This document shows positions 13,793 through 14,340 of a DNA stretch of 14,340 nucleotides, one piece after another; the first letter of the stretch is position 1; each line of letters opens with the position of its first letter. Below the pieces are notes generated by a model. It saw only the letters and a program-made list of their open reading frames with translations, did no database searches and was not told the origin of the DNA. Made by a program: the position numbers and the translations under genes. Source of the DNA: Candidatus Eiseniibacteriota bacterium (GTDB lineage: Bacteria; Eisenbacteria; RBG-16-71-46; DASYSL01). Where the stretch lies: assembly GCA_046598045.1 (NCBI GenBank), contig JBKJJJ010000066.1, forward strand, positions 1 to 14,340, in the 5' to 3' direction.

Positions 13793-14338
13793 TCAGGCCG
13801 CGCGCGACTCCTCGCCGGAGACGCGCACCAGGCGGGTCGCCAGCGCGTTCGCGCGGTCGGCGACGCGCCGCAGCGCCTCGAGCTCGACCGCGAGCCAGGC
13901 CCGCGCCGCGCGCTCGTCGGTCTCGGGATCGCGGCGCTGGGCCGCGCGTCCAAGCGACTCGATGCGCTCACGCAGCACGCCGACCTCGGCCATCAGGTCG
14001 GCCTCCAGCGACTCGCGATCGAGCGCCCGCGCCCCGGTCGGCGCTGCCTGCGCCTGCGCCCGCGCCCGCCGCGTGCCGCCGCGTCCGAGCACGGTTCCGA
14101 CCACGTCGAGGCCGTGGACCAGGTTCGCCACCTCGTCGAGCCGCGCGCCCTCCTCGGGCTGCGGATCGCGGTCGAACACGCACACCACGCCCACGACCGT
14201 GCCCTCGCGCGTCTGGACCGGCAACGAGCCGAACCAGCGCAGGCGCGTACGCTCGGGCGACAGCTCCGGCGGCAGCCCGGAGGCCTGCATCGAGTCCTGG
14301 ATGACGAGCGGATCGACGTGCAGCATCGCGATCCGCGA
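13793..14338 (-). CDS. GAF domain-containing protein, C-terminal part (5'-truncated by the window edge)
   Basis: Frame is open to the window edge. PLVIQD...LRWFGSLPVQTREGTVVGVVCVFDRDP is a typical GAF core, followed by a predicted helical/coiled-coil tail. Confidence 0.75.
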   Translation of the reverse strand, partial: SRIAMLHVDPLVIQDSMQASGLPPELSPERTRLRWFGSLPVQTREGTVVGVVCVFDRDPQPEEGARLDEVANLVHGLDVVGTVLGRGGTRRARAQAQAAPTGARALDRESLEADLMAEVGVLRERIESLGRAAQRRDPETDERAARAWLAVELEALRRVADRANALATRLVRVSGEESRAA

Positions 14339-14340
14339 GA

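Overview
GC-rich bacterial chromosomal window (roughly 70% GC by eye). The C-terminal TWGxIKxxYR motif suggests an FCB-related candidate phylum such as Ca. Eisenbacteria; this is an inference. Plus strand, in order: partial GT2 glycosyltransferase, surE, tRNA-Pro(CGG), acylphosphatase, RpoS-like sigma-70 factor, apt, SRPBCC protein, secreted M13 peptidase, tRNA-Arg(CCT), secreted beta-propeller protein ending in TTWGRIKGAYR, a cytochrome c-like remnant, a WaaE/KdtX-like GT2 with a probable CTG start, secreted S8 protease and secreted alpha/beta hydrolase. Converging on the minus strand: partial GAF protein, YcbB/LdtD-like L,D-transpeptidase and YcbK-like M15 peptidase. No integrase, transposase, CRISPR or rRNA is visible. 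The most notable signals are a candidate C-terminal protein-sorting motif, two apparent leaderless transcripts, an in-frame cytochrome c scar, and an RpoS-like sigma factor with a region-1.1-like N-terminus in a surE locus lacking pcm and nlpD.
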